A stretch of DNA of 64,000 nt from Phycisphaerae bacterium. Lineage in GTDB: Bacteria > Planctomycetota > Phycisphaerae > SM23-33. The stretch is from NCBI GenBank assembly GCA_003551645.1, contig PUND01000134.1, forward strand, positions 6,781-70,780, given 5' to 3'. Made by a program: the position numbers and the translations under genes. Under the pieces are notes generated by a model. It saw only the letters and a program-made list of their open reading frames with translations. It did no database searches and was not told where the DNA came from. Below are positions 48,487 to 61,085 of the stretch, piece after piece. The number at the start of each line of letters is the position of its first letter. Positions within the stretch are counted from its first letter, which is position 1.

Positions 48487-49767
48487 ATGGGCGAACGTGA
48501 CACCAAACCTGCCCCCCCGCCGGTAGCGGGGGTTTCGGAAATCTACGCCCGCGGACTCCGTCTATTTGTGCAAGAGTCGTATAACAAGGCGCTTGCGACT
48601 CTGGAGCCGCTGGCCGAGCGAGCCGACCTCGCCGGGGTCATGGCCCGGTTTTATCGTGGCCTTTGCTGGCGCGGTCTGGGTGTCCGCGCGCTGATCGATG
48701 GCCGTCTCGAGAAGGCCGAAGAGTATCTGAACTCGGCACAGGCGATCCTTGGTCGCCGGTCCGACCTCTATGGGTATCTGGCGTCCGTATATGCGTTGAC
48801 GGGTCGTCACGAGGTGTGCGCCTCGGCCGCCGAAAAAGCGGCCCGGTACGCGGAAAGGGACTGCCCGGCAGTGCGACGCCGTTGCGCACAGGCGTTGTGG
48901 CGGGCGGGTCGTCGGGCGGAGGCGCACATGGTCCTGGCGGAATCGCTGCGGGTGCTCGGCCGTCGCAGCGAGCTTCTAATCCAGCAGGGCCTGTTCTTCG
49001 CGGCCGAGGAACACCGCGCCGAGGCCAGAGAGGCGCTTGCCGAGGCATGTAAGCTCAATGGCGCCGACCCCAATGCTCACTACTATCTCGGGCTTGCCGC
49101 CGCGGCCGACAAGGACCCGGTCTCGGCCGTTAGCGCCTTGCAGCGAGCCGTGGAGCTTCGCCCCGGAGATGTACTGGTGACCTGGCAGCTTTCCCTGGCT
49201 GTCAGGGCGGCCGCGGAAGCCGGCAAGAACGTGACCGTTCGGGTGCCGGAGCCGGAGAGGATTTGCTCGCCGTCGGGCGGCACGGAGCTGGCTCGCTATG
49301 TCGCGGCCGAACCGGACTTCGTGGATGCGTTCCTGTCTTTGCCGGAGAGCGACGTGGATGCCGAGCTTTTCGGCCTGCTGGCCGAGGTGCTGACCGCGGC
49401 GCTTGATGAGCATCCGAACTATGCGGACCTGCACCGCGGAAAGGCGCTGGTGCTCGAGCGGCTGGGCCGCCGGGAAGAGGCCGAAACACACTTGCACAGG
49501 GCGCTGAGTATAAACCCCGACTATCTGGCGGCGCGGCTGGATATGGCGAGGATGTGCCGGCTGTCGGGGCGGACGGCCGAGGCGCTGTCACACCTCGGCA
49601 GGGTGCTCGCGGCAGGGGGCGACTGGCCGGATGTGCACTGCATGGTCGGTCGTCTGCTCAGACACCGCGGCCGCCACAGCGAGGCCCGCAGGCACCTGCA
49701 GCGGGCCATCGAGCTGAACCCCCACTACCGCGAGGCCGCCGAGGAACTGGAATCGCTCGCCGCCTGA
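48487..49767 (+). CDS. TPR-repeat protein.
   Basis: Multiple 34-aa TPR-like units are visible, with W/LG/Y/A/F/A/P positions (...AHYYLGLAAAADKDPVSAVSALQRAVELRPGD...). Confidence 0.6.
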   Translation: MGERDTKPAPPPVAGVSEIYARGLRLFVQESYNKALATLEPLAERADLAGVMARFYRGLCWRGLGVRALIDGRLEKAEEYLNSAQAILGRRSDLYGYLASVYALTGRHEVCASAAEKAARYAERDCPAVRRRCAQALWRAGRRAEAHMVLAESLRVLGRRSELLIQQGLFFAAEEHRAEAREALAEACKLNGADPNAHYYLGLAAAADKDPVSAVSALQRAVELRPGDVLVTWQLSLAVRAAAEAGKNVTVRVPEPERICSPSGGTELARYVAAEPDFVDAFLSLPESDVDAELFGLLAEVLTAALDEHPNYADLHRGKALVLERLGRREEAETHLHRALSINPDYLAARLDMARMCRLSGRTAEALSHLGRVLAAGGDWPDVHCMVGRLLRHRGRHSEARRHLQRAIELNPHYREAAEELESLAA

Positions 49768-49782
49768 CGGAGGGATACGTTT

Positions 49783-51429
49783 GTGAGCTACCTGCTTGAA
49801 ATGCTCGGCCGAGGGGCCGATACCGACCTGGAAGACCTGCTGGCGCGTTACTACTGGTCGCCGCAGCCGAGGGACATCGACGAACTGCGCCAGGCCTGCG
49901 AGGACCGTCCGGACCGTCTGGAGGCGCACCTGCAACTGGGGCTTGCGTATCTGCGGGGTTCCGAGACAGAAGATGCGATTCGCCACCTCGGTCACGTGTG
50001 CCGGCAGAAGCCGGACCACCTGGCCGCGCGGCTGGCGCTGTCCTCGGCGTATCTTGAGCAGGGCGACGCGAACAGTGCGATTGACCACCTGCGAATAGCC
50101 AGTCAGAACCACCCGGGCGAGGTCCCGATACTGTTCGCGCTCGGTTTCTGCAACGAAAAGCTTAACGAGCGATCCACGGCGGCCGAATACTACCGCGACG
50201 TGGTCAGACGGGACGGCTCGTTCCTGGTGGCCAGGGAACGTCTGGCGGCCGTGGCGGTTGCGCTCGGCGAAACGGAGGAGGCGGTTCGCCAGTATGTCGC
50301 GCTTCGCGACGCCAGGCCGGAACTGACTTGGGTTCGCTGCGCTCTGGCTCACCTGTACTACCGCGCAGGTCAGTATGACCTGGCGGTTGATGAATTCGAG
50401 ACGGCCATCGCCATGGAGCCGGAGAACTGGGCACTGCTTGACGACCAGGTCGAGGCCCTCGCGGCGCAGGGTCAGCTCCGAGAGGCCATTGAGCGTCTGC
50501 ACTCTCTGGTCGCCGAGCAGGGCGACGTTGCCGATCTGCACGTGCGTCTTGCGGACCTGTACAGCCAGGTTGGCGACGACTCCGCGGCCATGAAGCACTA
50601 CCTGCATGCGATTGACCTGGAGCCGAACTACCTTGAGGGGCTGGTGAAGCTGGGCACACACCAGCTCATTTTCGGCCGCTGGGAGGAGGCGGCGGAGCTG
50701 TTCCACCGGGCGGCCGACCTGAACGACCAGGTGCTGCTGAGCTATGTGGGTCTTGGGGTGGCGCAGGCGGCGGCGGGACGCCGCCCGGATGCGATAAACA
50801 GTTTCGACCTCGCGGCCGCCGTTGAGCCGAACAGCACGCTGTTGCTGGCCGAGACCGCCCGTTTGCAGTTGAAGGTCGCCCTGGCCGATGAGTTCGCCAA
50901 GAGCTTTGAGACCGGCGAGCCGGCGAAGGTATCGGCGGCGGATCTGACGAACGACCATCTGCTGCATATGCAGATAGACCGACACGTCGAGGAGGTGGCG
51001 CGTCGGCCGGATCACGCCGACCTGCGATACCGTTACGGCGTGTTGCTGCGAGCCGAGGGTCGCCACGGCGACGCCCTCGAGCAGTTCCGCAAGGCGGTGG
51101 ACCTGAATCCCACATACGTTCAGGCGATTATGAAGCTGGGGCTTGTCCAGCAGGAGCTGGGCATGTACGAGGACGCCATCGAGACCTATAAGGCCGCCCT
51201 GGAGATAAAGCCCCATTATGTGGACCTGCACTACCGGCTGGGCGTGCTGTACACGGACCGCCGCATGTTCGAGGAGGCCGTGCAACACATGGAGGCGGCG
51301 TCGCGCGGGGCGCCGGACAATGAGCGGATACGGGCCGGACTGGCCCTGTCGCTGCAGAATATGGGCCTGATGGACCGCGCATCGGCGACCTGGCGGAGCT
51401 TGTGGAAGATACACCACGCCCACACCTGA
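49783..51429 (+). CDS. TPR-repeat protein.
   Basis: There are at least 10 TPR units (AHLQLGLAYLRGSETEDAIRHLGHVCRQKPDH..., YRYGVLLRAEGRHGDALEQFRKAVDLNPTY...). The start is GTG at 49783 or ATG at 49801. Confidence 0.7.
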   Translation: MSYLLEMLGRGADTDLEDLLARYYWSPQPRDIDELRQACEDRPDRLEAHLQLGLAYLRGSETEDAIRHLGHVCRQKPDHLAARLALSSAYLEQGDANSAIDHLRIASQNHPGEVPILFALGFCNEKLNERSTAAEYYRDVVRRDGSFLVARERLAAVAVALGETEEAVRQYVALRDARPELTWVRCALAHLYYRAGQYDLAVDEFETAIAMEPENWALLDDQVEALAAQGQLREAIERLHSLVAEQGDVADLHVRLADLYSQVGDDSAAMKHYLHAIDLEPNYLEGLVKLGTHQLIFGRWEEAAELFHRAADLNDQVLLSYVGLGVAQAAAGRRPDAINSFDLAAAVEPNSTLLLAETARLQLKVALADEFAKSFETGEPAKVSAADLTNDHLLHMQIDRHVEEVARRPDHADLRYRYGVLLRAEGRHGDALEQFRKAVDLNPTYVQAIMKLGLVQQELGMYEDAIETYKAALEIKPHYVDLHYRLGVLYTDRRMFEEAVQHMEAASRGAPDNERIRAGLALSLQNMGLMDRASATWRSLWKIHHAHT

Positions 51430-51646
51430 GGCGTCGGCTACGGGCGTGGCAGCCGGTGACCGGTACAGCGGGCTTGCCGGGGGCAAAGACCCGCCCGATC
51501 GTTAATCCGCTCAACCGAACAACCAGTCAACAAGTCAGCCAGTTACCCAGTTAACCAGCACCCACATCAGCAAGCCGCACACGGGGCGGTTCGTCCGACC
51601 CGTGCGGGCCGTCTTCCGCCACCGGACGCAGGGGGCGGCCACGGCG

Positions 51647-52831
51647 TCAGGACAGCAGTTTTTCCAGCCGATCCAGGCCGTCGTTTATCTGGTCCATGCC
51701 CGTGGCGAAGGTCAGGCGGACGCAGCGATCCTCGCCGAACGCGCAGCCCGGTATAAGGGCGATGCCCACCTGCTCCAGAGCGGCCTTGGCGAAGCTGAGC
51801 GAGTCGCCGACCTGCACATCGCCGATGGTCCTGCCGTAATGGCTGCTGACATCGGGGAAGCAGTAGAAGGCCCCGCCCGGCGTGGCGCACTCGACGCCTT
51901 CGATGGCGTTGAGTCGTTCGGTCATGTGCCGCCCTCTTCGCTCGAACTCGGTTCGCATCCGCTCGACCACCTCGGCCGCGGCGGGGTCGGTGTAGGCCGC
52001 GAGTGCTCCCGCCTGGCAGAAGCTGACCGGGTTGGTGGTCATGTGGCTCATCAACCGCCGGATCGCTCCGATGGCGTCGCTCGGGCCGGCGACCCAGCCC
52101 AGCCGCCAGCCGGTCATCGCAAATGTCTTGCTGAGACCGTTGAACGTGAGCGTTCGTTCGGGGAGGCGCTCGTCCAGCGACGCAAAGGACACAAACTTGT
52201 TATCTCCGAAGACGAGCTTTTCGTAAATCTCGTCCGAAAAGACGATGAGGTCGGTTTCGAGCACCACGTCGGCAAGGGCCTTCAGCTCTTCGGGCGTGTA
52301 GGTTACCCCGGCGGGATTGCTGGGCGAGTTCAGCAGCAGTACTCTGGCGTCGTCGGCCGCCCGCCGGAGCTGCTCGGGAGTTATCTTCATGCCGGTTTCC
52401 GGCGAGGTCGGCAGGGCGACCGGCTCGCCGCCGGCGAGCTTGACCTGTTCGGGGTAGCTGTTCCAGTAAGGTGTGGGGATGAGCACCTTCTCGCCGGCCT
52501 CAAGCAGCACCTGGAACGCACAGAAAAGGCCGTGCTTTCCACCGAAGGTCATGGCTATCTGTTCCGGCTCGACGGAAAGCCCGTTTTCATCGCGGAGCTT
52601 GGCGGCGATGGCCTGCAGCAGCGCCTTGCCCTGTTTGGGGACGTACTTGGTGTCGCCGGCGTCTAAGGCGGTCTTGGTGTCCCGCTTTATAAAATCCGGG
52701 GTGTCGAAGTCGGGTTCGCCGGCGGCGAAGCTTACGACGTCGTGGCCTTCGCTGAGCATCTGCTTGGCGCGGGTTGTGATGCCGATTGTCGCGCTGGGGC
52801 TGACGGACTGGATACGCTGTGTGAGTTTCAT
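51647..52831 (-). CDS. Aspartate/aromatic aminotransferase (class I PLP aminotransferase).
   Basis: The family regions are SFAAGEPDFDTPDFIK, NSPSNPAGV and LSKTFAMTGWRLGW, the last carrying the PLP-Lys. Length is 394 aa. Confidence 0.85.
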   Translation of the reverse strand: MKLTQRIQSVSPSATIGITTRAKQMLSEGHDVVSFAAGEPDFDTPDFIKRDTKTALDAGDTKYVPKQGKALLQAIAAKLRDENGLSVEPEQIAMTFGGKHGLFCAFQVLLEAGEKVLIPTPYWNSYPEQVKLAGGEPVALPTSPETGMKITPEQLRRAADDARVLLLNSPSNPAGVTYTPEELKALADVVLETDLIVFSDEIYEKLVFGDNKFVSFASLDERLPERTLTFNGLSKTFAMTGWRLGWVAGPSDAIGAIRRLMSHMTTNPVSFCQAGALAAYTDPAAAEVVERMRTEFERRGRHMTERLNAIEGVECATPGGAFYCFPDVSSHYGRTIGDVQVGDSLSFAKAALEQVGIALIPGCAFGEDRCVRLTFATGMDQINDGLDRLEKLLS

Positions 52832-53087
52832 TGCGGCACTCCTTGTTTATGTCAGGAACACACTTGCCCGGTGGGCGGTTCATACGGTTGTTCACAGTCT
52901 GGAACCGGCAGCAGGATAAACACGGGCGGCCGTCATGCCAGAAAAAAATATTCCAACCAATGTTCCGGTCGCCGGGAATTCAGCATCGGCAGGCGTGGAA
53001 AGCCGCCGAGTCGCCGCGCATGAAACGGGCGGCCATGTCGCGGCCGCCCGTTGGGTCAGGTAGTTTGGCTGTTTCGTCGGATCGGCC

Positions 53088-54473
53088 TCAGGGAGCGTCG
53101 GGGATATAGCCGGTAAAGGCCAGGAACCTGCCGGTGTCCAGAATCGGGATCATCATGCCGCGCGCCGTGGCTTGGATCTCCTGGAACCGCCTGTATCGCT
53201 CCAACTGCCGGTTGTACACCTCCCAGACACTCGGCGGTGCGGCTTCCGGCGGCTGGGTGGGCCGCTGGGGCGCGTGGCCGACTATTACGTAGTTGGTGCG
53301 GACCGTGACTTCATCGGCGATCCGTCCGTCCATGCGCCGGATAAGCTGCTTGACCTGCTCTCGGCCTTCCTCGGTAGGATCATCGGTGCCGAAGAGGTCG
53401 AAACGTCCGACGACGACGAATTCAAGCTCTCTGATGCCGTCGAAGATGATGTTGGCGACCACGTCGCCTTCCACTATCGGGTCGTCCTCGACCTGTTCGA
53501 CAATGCGGCACTCGCTGATGCGCTCTCCGACCTTGGTGACCACTAGACTACCCTTGCCGCGCGCCGGCTCCGCCTCTTCGTCCAACGCCGGTACTCTCTC
53601 GTCGTCATAGACGCTGAAGGTGAACCCGGGTCTGATATCGTCCCTGGAGCCGAGGTTGATATAGACGATGTTCTCCGCTTCCAAGACCCGTTCGACTTTT
53701 CCGTCCGGGCGGAGTGGACGTGCATCGATACCAACCTGCCTTTCCAGCCGGCTCCGCAGCCCCTCGACCATCGCCTCCATCTCGCCGATTGTGCCCTGCA
53801 GATCCTCGATGGTCTCGACTCGCTCGGCTATCTGGGCCTGCATGTCCGTTCGGACGCTGACGAGCCGCTGCTCGGATTCCTCAAGCTGGCTTTCCTGATC
53901 TTCCTGGAGACTCCCGATTCGCTGCTCCAGCTCGGCCAACTGCCCGCGGGCATCTTCCAGACTCTGCTCATACTGGGCTTCGATGTCCTGCAGCGCCTCG
54001 ATTCTCTCTTCCAGAGAACCCTCGCGCTCCTCCAGCGACGCCCGCAGCGATTCGATAGTTTCGTCTCTGCTGTCCACACGTTCCTTGAGCGAGATCACCA
54101 GCGGGGCCAATCCGCCGCGTTCGCCGGCCGCTTCGTAGGCCCTCTGCGCCTGGGCATCAGCCTGTTCCGGCTCGTCGGCCGCGGGGTGGACCAGGTTGGC
54201 AAGCTCCTGCATCTGGTAGAACATGTGCCCCAGCACGGTGCTGCCGAGCGTGCGGTCCTGTCGCTGTTGCAGCAACTCGGCAATTCGACCCTGCTCAATC
54301 TCGCGGTCACTGGCCAGGTGTTCGCGTAGCTGCTGCTCCTCGGCCGCAAGGGCTCGCTGTTCGTCGAAATTCAGGTAAAACAGCACAGCCATAACCGTCG
54401 CGATCAGAAACAGCATCACGAACACGATAAGCAGATACGGCGGGCCACTGCGCTTCTGAACTACCCGTGCCAT
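53088..54473 (-). CDS. Hypothetical membrane-anchored coiled-coil protein.
   Basis: An N-terminal TM helix is followed by ~250 aa of heptad-rich E/Q/L/R sequence and a ~180-aa C-terminal globular part. No family was recognised. Confidence 0.4.
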   Translation of the reverse strand: MARVVQKRSGPPYLLIVFVMLFLIATVMAVLFYLNFDEQRALAAEEQQLREHLASDREIEQGRIAELLQQRQDRTLGSTVLGHMFYQMQELANLVHPAADEPEQADAQAQRAYEAAGERGGLAPLVISLKERVDSRDETIESLRASLEEREGSLEERIEALQDIEAQYEQSLEDARGQLAELEQRIGSLQEDQESQLEESEQRLVSVRTDMQAQIAERVETIEDLQGTIGEMEAMVEGLRSRLERQVGIDARPLRPDGKVERVLEAENIVYINLGSRDDIRPGFTFSVYDDERVPALDEEAEPARGKGSLVVTKVGERISECRIVEQVEDDPIVEGDVVANIIFDGIRELEFVVVGRFDLFGTDDPTEEGREQVKQLIRRMDGRIADEVTVRTNYVIVGHAPQRPTQPPEAAPPSVWEVYNRQLERYRRFQEIQATARGMMIPILDTGRFLAFTGYIPDAP

Positions 54474-54650
54474 TCGTAAGCTCCTTGATACATCCCTGGT
54501 TGTCTGGGTGTGCCCGACGGCGGGACGGTTTGTGGTCTCTTCACGAAGATATTACAACCATGGTCGGGCCGGCGGGGTTCCGGCCGCCTGCGCCGGCAAG
54601 CCAATTCAGTATCCGAAAAGACAGCGGGCGTCGTCAACAGATTTTTCCGG

Positions 54651-56129
<1,479 letters not shown>

Positions 56130-56158
56130 CCGTTTGGCTTTCCGCTACGTCAAAGTCG

Positions 56159-57697
56159 CTACGTTCCGGCAAGGTCCGGCCTGAGTCGGCGGATGCCGGA
56201 GGCCTGCTCGAACATGTGTCCGGCCCGCAGGAGCGTCTGCTCGCTGAAGACCGGCCCGATGAGCTGTATGCCCAGCGGCAGCCCGGCCTTCGAGACGCCG
56301 CCGGGGATCGACAAACCCGGCAGCCCGGCGAGGTTCACCGAGATGGTGTAAATGTCGCCTAGGTACATCTGCAGCGGGTTGTCGGCCTTTTCGCCAAGCC
56401 GGTACGCCACGGTCGGCGCCACCGGACCGAGCAGGACGTCCACAGTTTCGAAGGCCCGTTCGAAGTCGCGATGAATCAACCGTCGGACCTTCATGGCCTT
56501 GTTGTAGTAGGCGTCGTAGTAGCCGGCCGACAGGGTGTAGGTTCCGAGCATGACACGGCGTTTGACCTCGTCGCCGAAGCCCTCGGCCCGCGTGCGGGAG
56601 TAAAGCTCCACGATGTCCCTGACCCGCTCGGCGGTGCGGTGTCCGAAGTGCACGCCGTCGAACCGGGCGAGGTTGCTGGACGCCTCGGCCATCGCGACGA
56701 TGTAGTAGCAGGCGACCGCGTGGGAACTGATGTTGCCTTCGTCGTCGCGATCGATAGCGCTATAGGGCAGCGAGACTTCGCGGACCTCGGCGCCCAGTGA
56801 TGCGTATGTCTCCGCGGCCGAGTCAATCGCCTGCCGGATGTCCGCATCCAGCGAATCGGATAAGAACTCCCGCACGACGCCGATTTTCAGATTCTCCAGG
56901 GGCGTATCCACCGTGGCCGGGTAGTCCGGCACATCTGCTGGCACGCTCGTGGAGTCGGCCGGATCGTGCCCGGAGATGGCGGCCGTCAAAAGCGCGCAGT
57001 CGGAAACGTCGCGCGCCAGCGGGCCTACCTGGTCCAAGCTGGAGCCGTATGTCACCACGCCGTATCGACTGACTCGCCCGTATGTGGGCCTGAAGCCGAC
57101 AACGCCGCAGAAGGCGGCCGGCTGGCGAATAGAACCGCCGGTGTCACTGCCCAGGGCCGCGGCGCATATCCCGGCCGAGACGGCCGCCGCCGAGCCGCCC
57201 GACGAGCCGCCGGGAACGCGCCCTGTGTCCCAGGGGTTCAGCGTCGGGCCGGTCGCGCTGGTTTCGGTGGTCGAGCCCATCGCGAACTCGTCGAGGTTGG
57301 TCTTGCCGAGCACAATCGCTCCGGCGTCTTCCAGCTTGCGGACCGCCGTGGCGGTGAACGGCGAACGGTAGTCGGCGAGGATGGCCGAGGAGCATGTCGT
57401 GCGTCCGTAGGCGGTGCAGAGGTTGTCCTTCAGCGCCACAGGCACGCCGGCCAGCGGGCCGGGCCGTTCGCCCGCCGAGAGTCTACGGTCGATATCCGAC
57501 GCCCGCTCCATCGCCCGGTCCCGGTGGACCTCGTTATAGGCGTGGAGCCGCGGGTCGATGCGGTCGATGGCTTCCAGGTACGCCTCCGCGGCCGCGACGG
57601 CGGATATGTCGCCGGCGGTTATCGCGTCGCGAAGCTCCACGGCCGAAAGTTCGGTTATGTCTGTCACGGGCTTACTCCCGGAGACGGGCTGATTCAA
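56159..57697 (-). CDS. gatA: Glutamyl-tRNA(Gln)/Asp-tRNA(Asn) amidotransferase subunit A.
   Basis: The amidase signature is GGSSGGSAAAVSAGICAAALGSDTGGSIRQPAAFCGVVGFRPTYGRVSRYG. The N-terminal GatA pattern is present. Confidence 0.9.
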   Translation of the reverse strand: MNQPVSGSKPVTDITELSAVELRDAITAGDISAVAAAEAYLEAIDRIDPRLHAYNEVHRDRAMERASDIDRRLSAGERPGPLAGVPVALKDNLCTAYGRTTCSSAILADYRSPFTATAVRKLEDAGAIVLGKTNLDEFAMGSTTETSATGPTLNPWDTGRVPGGSSGGSAAAVSAGICAAALGSDTGGSIRQPAAFCGVVGFRPTYGRVSRYGVVTYGSSLDQVGPLARDVSDCALLTAAISGHDPADSTSVPADVPDYPATVDTPLENLKIGVVREFLSDSLDADIRQAIDSAAETYASLGAEVREVSLPYSAIDRDDEGNISSHAVACYYIVAMAEASSNLARFDGVHFGHRTAERVRDIVELYSRTRAEGFGDEVKRRVMLGTYTLSAGYYDAYYNKAMKVRRLIHRDFERAFETVDVLLGPVAPTVAYRLGEKADNPLQMYLGDIYTISVNLAGLPGLSIPGGVSKAGLPLGIQLIGPVFSEQTLLRAGHMFEQASGIRRLRPDLAGT

Positions 57698-57996
57698 CTG
57701 CCGGTTCCGATGATGCGGGGGACCTGGAACATGTCGTCCCGGCGGTCGGGCGCGTTGGAAAGAGCGGCCTCCGGCGTCAGTGATTCGCCGGGGGCGTCTT
57801 CGGCGAAGACGTTTGTCAGCTCGACCGCGTGGGCCATCGGCTCGACGTTGTCGGTGTCAAGCTCACGGAGCTTGTCGAAGTAACCGATAATCTCGCCGAG
57901 CTGGCGCGAGAATGTCCGGACCTGTTCGTCGGTCAACTCGATCCGGCTGAGCTTGCCGACGTGGCGGACCAGATCGATGTCGATCTGCTTTGCCAT
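57694..57996 (-). CDS. gatC: Amidotransferase subunit C.
   Basis: [54 protein letters not shown] matches GatC. Its stop overlaps the gatA start. Confidence 0.85.
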   Translation of the reverse strand: MAKQIDIDLVRHVGKLSRIELTDEQVRTFSRQLGEIIGYFDKLRELDTDNVEPMAHAVELTNVFAEDAPGESLTPEAALSNAPDRRDDMFQVPRIIGTGS

Positions 57997-58140
57997 CGCG
58001 TTGCTCCTTCCGTGTCGGTGTCGCACTATCTTTGCCGGCCGGCGGTCCGCTGTCAAATACAGTCGTTGCTTCTCGTTGACGCTTCAGGCGCGCCGTGCTA
58101 TATTCCTCCGTCCAAACCGGGTAGTGCCCGAAGGAGCCGT

Positions 58141-58368
58141 ATGCCCAAAGACGACGTCATAGAGGTTGAAGCGACGGTAAAGGCGGCGCTGCCGAACGCC
58201 ATGTTCCGCCTGGAGGTCCAGCTCGGGGACAAGACCCACGAGGTCCTCGGGCATATCTCCGGCAAGATGCGCCGTCACTACATCCGTATCACGCCGGGCG
58301 ACCGCGTCCTGGTCCAGCTAAGCCCGTACGACCTGTCGCGCGGCCGCATCGTCTATCGCCAGAGATAG
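58141..58368 (+). CDS. infA: Translation initiation factor IF-1.
   Basis: [75 protein letters not shown] is near-canonical IF-1. The start is the internal ATG of the track ORF. Confidence 0.95.
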   Translation: MPKDDVIEVEATVKAALPNAMFRLEVQLGDKTHEVLGHISGKMRRHYIRITPGDRVLVQLSPYDLSRGRIVYRQR

Positions 58369-58410
58369 CCCGGCCCGCGACGGGACTGGGTAGGGCCTGC
58401 CTGGGGATTG

Positions 58411-59055
58411 CTATTCCACTTCTTCGTGCGGCCGGGCCGGCAGGGAAGCGCCCTCCAGCATGAAGTTGGTGTATGCGCCTTCCAGAATGATCTCGCGGAT
58501 GTCGTCGGGCGAGAATATTTCCCATTCGGCCTCGATCCAGAAGCTATCGACCATGTCCAGGTCGTGCACATCCCCGGCGTTGACCACCGGGAGGTTGAAC
58601 CGTTCGGCGGCCTGCAGTGTCTGCAGGCCCTCCTCCGTGCCGTGGTTGGACGTGCGATACTCGATTGCGTCGGGGTAGTTGCCCCTGTCGAGCATGTCGT
58701 GCCCGTCGGGCCAGCGGAACGGATGCGCCAGTATCGTCAGATGTCCACGCGCCCGGGCCTCCTCCAGAATCTCCTGTTCATCACTCATCTCGAGAAAGGC
58801 CGGGTCCACCGTGCCCAGTACAAGAAGGTGCTGGAACGACTCTTGCCCGACGGTTATCTCCACGCCGGGGTATATCTTGATGTCGGGGTATCGTTGCTGG
58901 AGACGTTCGATCTCCCACTCGCGCCACACGGCGTTGTGTTCGGTTATGAAAACGGCGTCGAAGCCGGTCTCGATGAGTTTCTTCATCAGCCGGTCGGGTG
59001 TGGCCTTGGCGCAGGCACTATAGACCGATGTATGCAGGTGTAGTTGTATCTTCAT
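58411..59055 (-). CDS. PHP-domain metal-dependent phosphoesterase.
   Basis: MKIQLHLHTSVYSACA is the PHP motif I (HxH). FITEHN and ...ILAHPFR are further PHP motifs. Confidence 0.6.
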   Translation of the reverse strand: MKIQLHLHTSVYSACAKATPDRLMKKLIETGFDAVFITEHNAVWREWEIERLQQRYPDIKIYPGVEITVGQESFQHLLVLGTVDPAFLEMSDEQEILEEARARGHLTILAHPFRWPDGHDMLDRGNYPDAIEYRTSNHGTEEGLQTLQAAERFNLPVVNAGDVHDLDMVDSFWIEAEWEIFSPDDIREIILEGAYTNFMLEGASLPARPHEEVE

Positions 59056-59210
59056 GTCGGTTGCTTTCTTGTGGCTACACAACAATCATAACCTCTATTC
59101 CGGCTTATTCACGAAGAAACGGTCGTCTCAGTGAACAAGCCGCCGGGAAAGCATGTGCTTTCCTGAAGGCACATTATGAGCGAAAGCAATTCTTTCGCGG
59201 ATAATGTGGG

Positions 59211-60590
59211 CTAGAACTCCGCCGAGCGAGGGGTTCGCGGGAACGGAATCACATCGCGTATGTTGCCCAGTCCGGTGATAAACTGCAGACACCGCTCCAA
59301 TCCAAGCCCGAAGCCGGCGTGCGGCACGGTTCCGTATCGGCGCAAGTCAAGGTACCACCAGTATTCATCAGGATTCAGGCCCGCCTGGCTCATTCGCTCC
59401 GTCAACACCTCCGGCCGCTCCTCGCGCTGCGAGCCGCCGATTATCTCGCCTATCCTCGGCACCAGCACATCCATCGCGGCGACGGTCCGCTTATCATCGT
59501 TGATGCGCATGTAGAACGGCTTAATTTCCGCCGGGTAGTCCGTGACGACCACCGGCCCGGAGAACTTCTCCTCGGTGAGGTATCGTTCGTGCTCGGTCTG
59601 GAGGTCGGCGCCCCAGCGGGGCGGGTACTCCCATTTTCTGTCGGCGGCGGAGAGTATCTCCACGGCTTCGGTATAGCCGACGCGGAAGAAGGGCGTTTCG
59701 GCCACGTGGGTTAACGTTTCTATCAGCGTCTTGTCGATGCGGGTGTTGAAAAACTCCATATCCTCGCGGCATCGCTCCAGCACGCCCGCGAAGATGAATT
59801 TCAAGAAGTCCTCCGCCAGGTCGGCGTCGCCGGCGAGGTCGCAGAAGGCCATCTCCGGCTCGACCATCCAGAACTCGGCCAGGTGGCGGGGGGTGTTGGA
59901 GTTCTCGGCGCGGAAAGTCGGGCCGAAGGTGTACACCTTTCCCAGTGCGCAGGCGTACGTCTCCGCTTCGAGCTGGCCCGATACGGTCAGGTACGTCGGC
60001 CGGCCGAAAAACTCCCGTTCCGCATCCTCGCCTTCCTCGCGGTTGTCGGCGGCAAGGCGGAACAGCGCGCCGGCGCCCTCGCAGTCGCTGGCTGTGATAA
60101 TCGGCGTATGAACCTGCACGAACCCGCGCGACCGGAAGAACTCGTGAATCATCCCGGAGACTTCGCTGCGGACCCTGGCGACAGCGCCGAAGGTATTGGT
60201 CCTAGGCCGGAGGTGCGCCTGGCTGCGCAGAAACTCGAAGCTGTGCCGCTTCGGCTGGATCGGGTAGGCCTCTCCATCGGCGGGGCCGACGACGGCCAAA
60301 TCTTCGGCGTGCAGCTCAACGCTCTGACCCTTGGCCGGGCTTTCGACCAGCTTACCGGTCGCCGTCACCGACGTCCCGGCCGTCAGATGCACCACCTCGG
60401 AGTCGTAGTTGGGAAGCTCCTTGTCGGCGACCACCTGGAGATTGGCAAGGCAGGAGCCGTCGTTGACCTGCACAAAGCTGAAACCGCCCTTGCTGGTCCT
60501 GACCGTACGGACCCATCCGGCGACGGTAACGACCGTTCCCGCCGGCACGTCGGTAAGCGCATCACGAATGACAGTTCGTTCCGGGGTCAT
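59211..60590 (-). CDS. asnS: Asparaginyl-tRNA synthetase (class IIb).
   Basis: An N-terminal OB domain is present. [24 protein letters not shown] is the AsnRS-type motif 2. Motif 3 reads GGSQREER...[13 protein letters not shown]. Confidence 0.85.
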   Translation of the reverse strand: MTPERTVIRDALTDVPAGTVVTVAGWVRTVRTSKGGFSFVQVNDGSCLANLQVVADKELPNYDSEVVHLTAGTSVTATGKLVESPAKGQSVELHAEDLAVVGPADGEAYPIQPKRHSFEFLRSQAHLRPRTNTFGAVARVRSEVSGMIHEFFRSRGFVQVHTPIITASDCEGAGALFRLAADNREEGEDAEREFFGRPTYLTVSGQLEAETYACALGKVYTFGPTFRAENSNTPRHLAEFWMVEPEMAFCDLAGDADLAEDFLKFIFAGVLERCREDMEFFNTRIDKTLIETLTHVAETPFFRVGYTEAVEILSAADRKWEYPPRWGADLQTEHERYLTEEKFSGPVVVTDYPAEIKPFYMRINDDKRTVAAMDVLVPRIGEIIGGSQREERPEVLTERMSQAGLNPDEYWWYLDLRRYGTVPHAGFGLGLERCLQFITGLGNIRDVIPFPRTPRSAEF

Positions 60591-60766
60591 CTCTGTAGAT
60601 ATTGTCCTGGACGCGGGCGATCCGGGTCAAGTTTCCGTGGTTTGGTGCTTTCGGCAAGGCAAAGGCATGAGGTGTGGCTATCCCCGCCGGTGCTCAGGAA
60701 TGCGGCCTTCGGGCAGCCGCCGCGGGCCGGCGGGGTGGGCAACGCTCCATGAGCCGGGCCGCGCAG

Positions 60767-60800
60767 CAAAAAAGCGGGGACCTCACCCGACGACCGGGAA
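60767..60800 (-). terminator. Probable intrinsic terminator downstream of rpmB.
   Basis: The minus strand reads cccggucgucgggugagguccccgc followed by UUUUUUg. Confidence 0.4.
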
Positions 60801-60818
60801 TGCCGTCGGCGTCCGACT

Positions 60819-61085
60819 CTACTGTTCGGACTCTTCCGGCGGGGTGTAATTGCGCTTTGTGGGCTTGACGATGTAGCCGTCGCGAAGCGCCTTGGTCGAG
60901 GCCTTGACGCGAACTACCCGCCCGTCAATGACCGCGCGGACTCGCTGGATGTTGGCCTTGAACTTCCGGCGCGTCGTGCTGGTGGTCTTGACGCCGACCC
61001 CGCCGAGGTACTTGGCCCTTCCGCGTCGGCTGTGCTTCCGTCCGGCACGGGTCTGTTTCTGGGTAAACGGACACTTACGAGACAT
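60819..61085 (-). CDS. rpmB: 50S ribosomal protein L28.
   Basis: MSRKCPFTQKQTRAGRKHSRRG...RRKFKANIQRVRAVIDGRVVRVKASTKALR follows the L28 pattern. Confidence 0.75.
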   Translation of the reverse strand: MSRKCPFTQKQTRAGRKHSRRGRAKYLGGVGVKTTSTTRRKFKANIQRVRAVIDGRVVRVKASTKALRDGYIVKPTKRNYTPPEESEQ

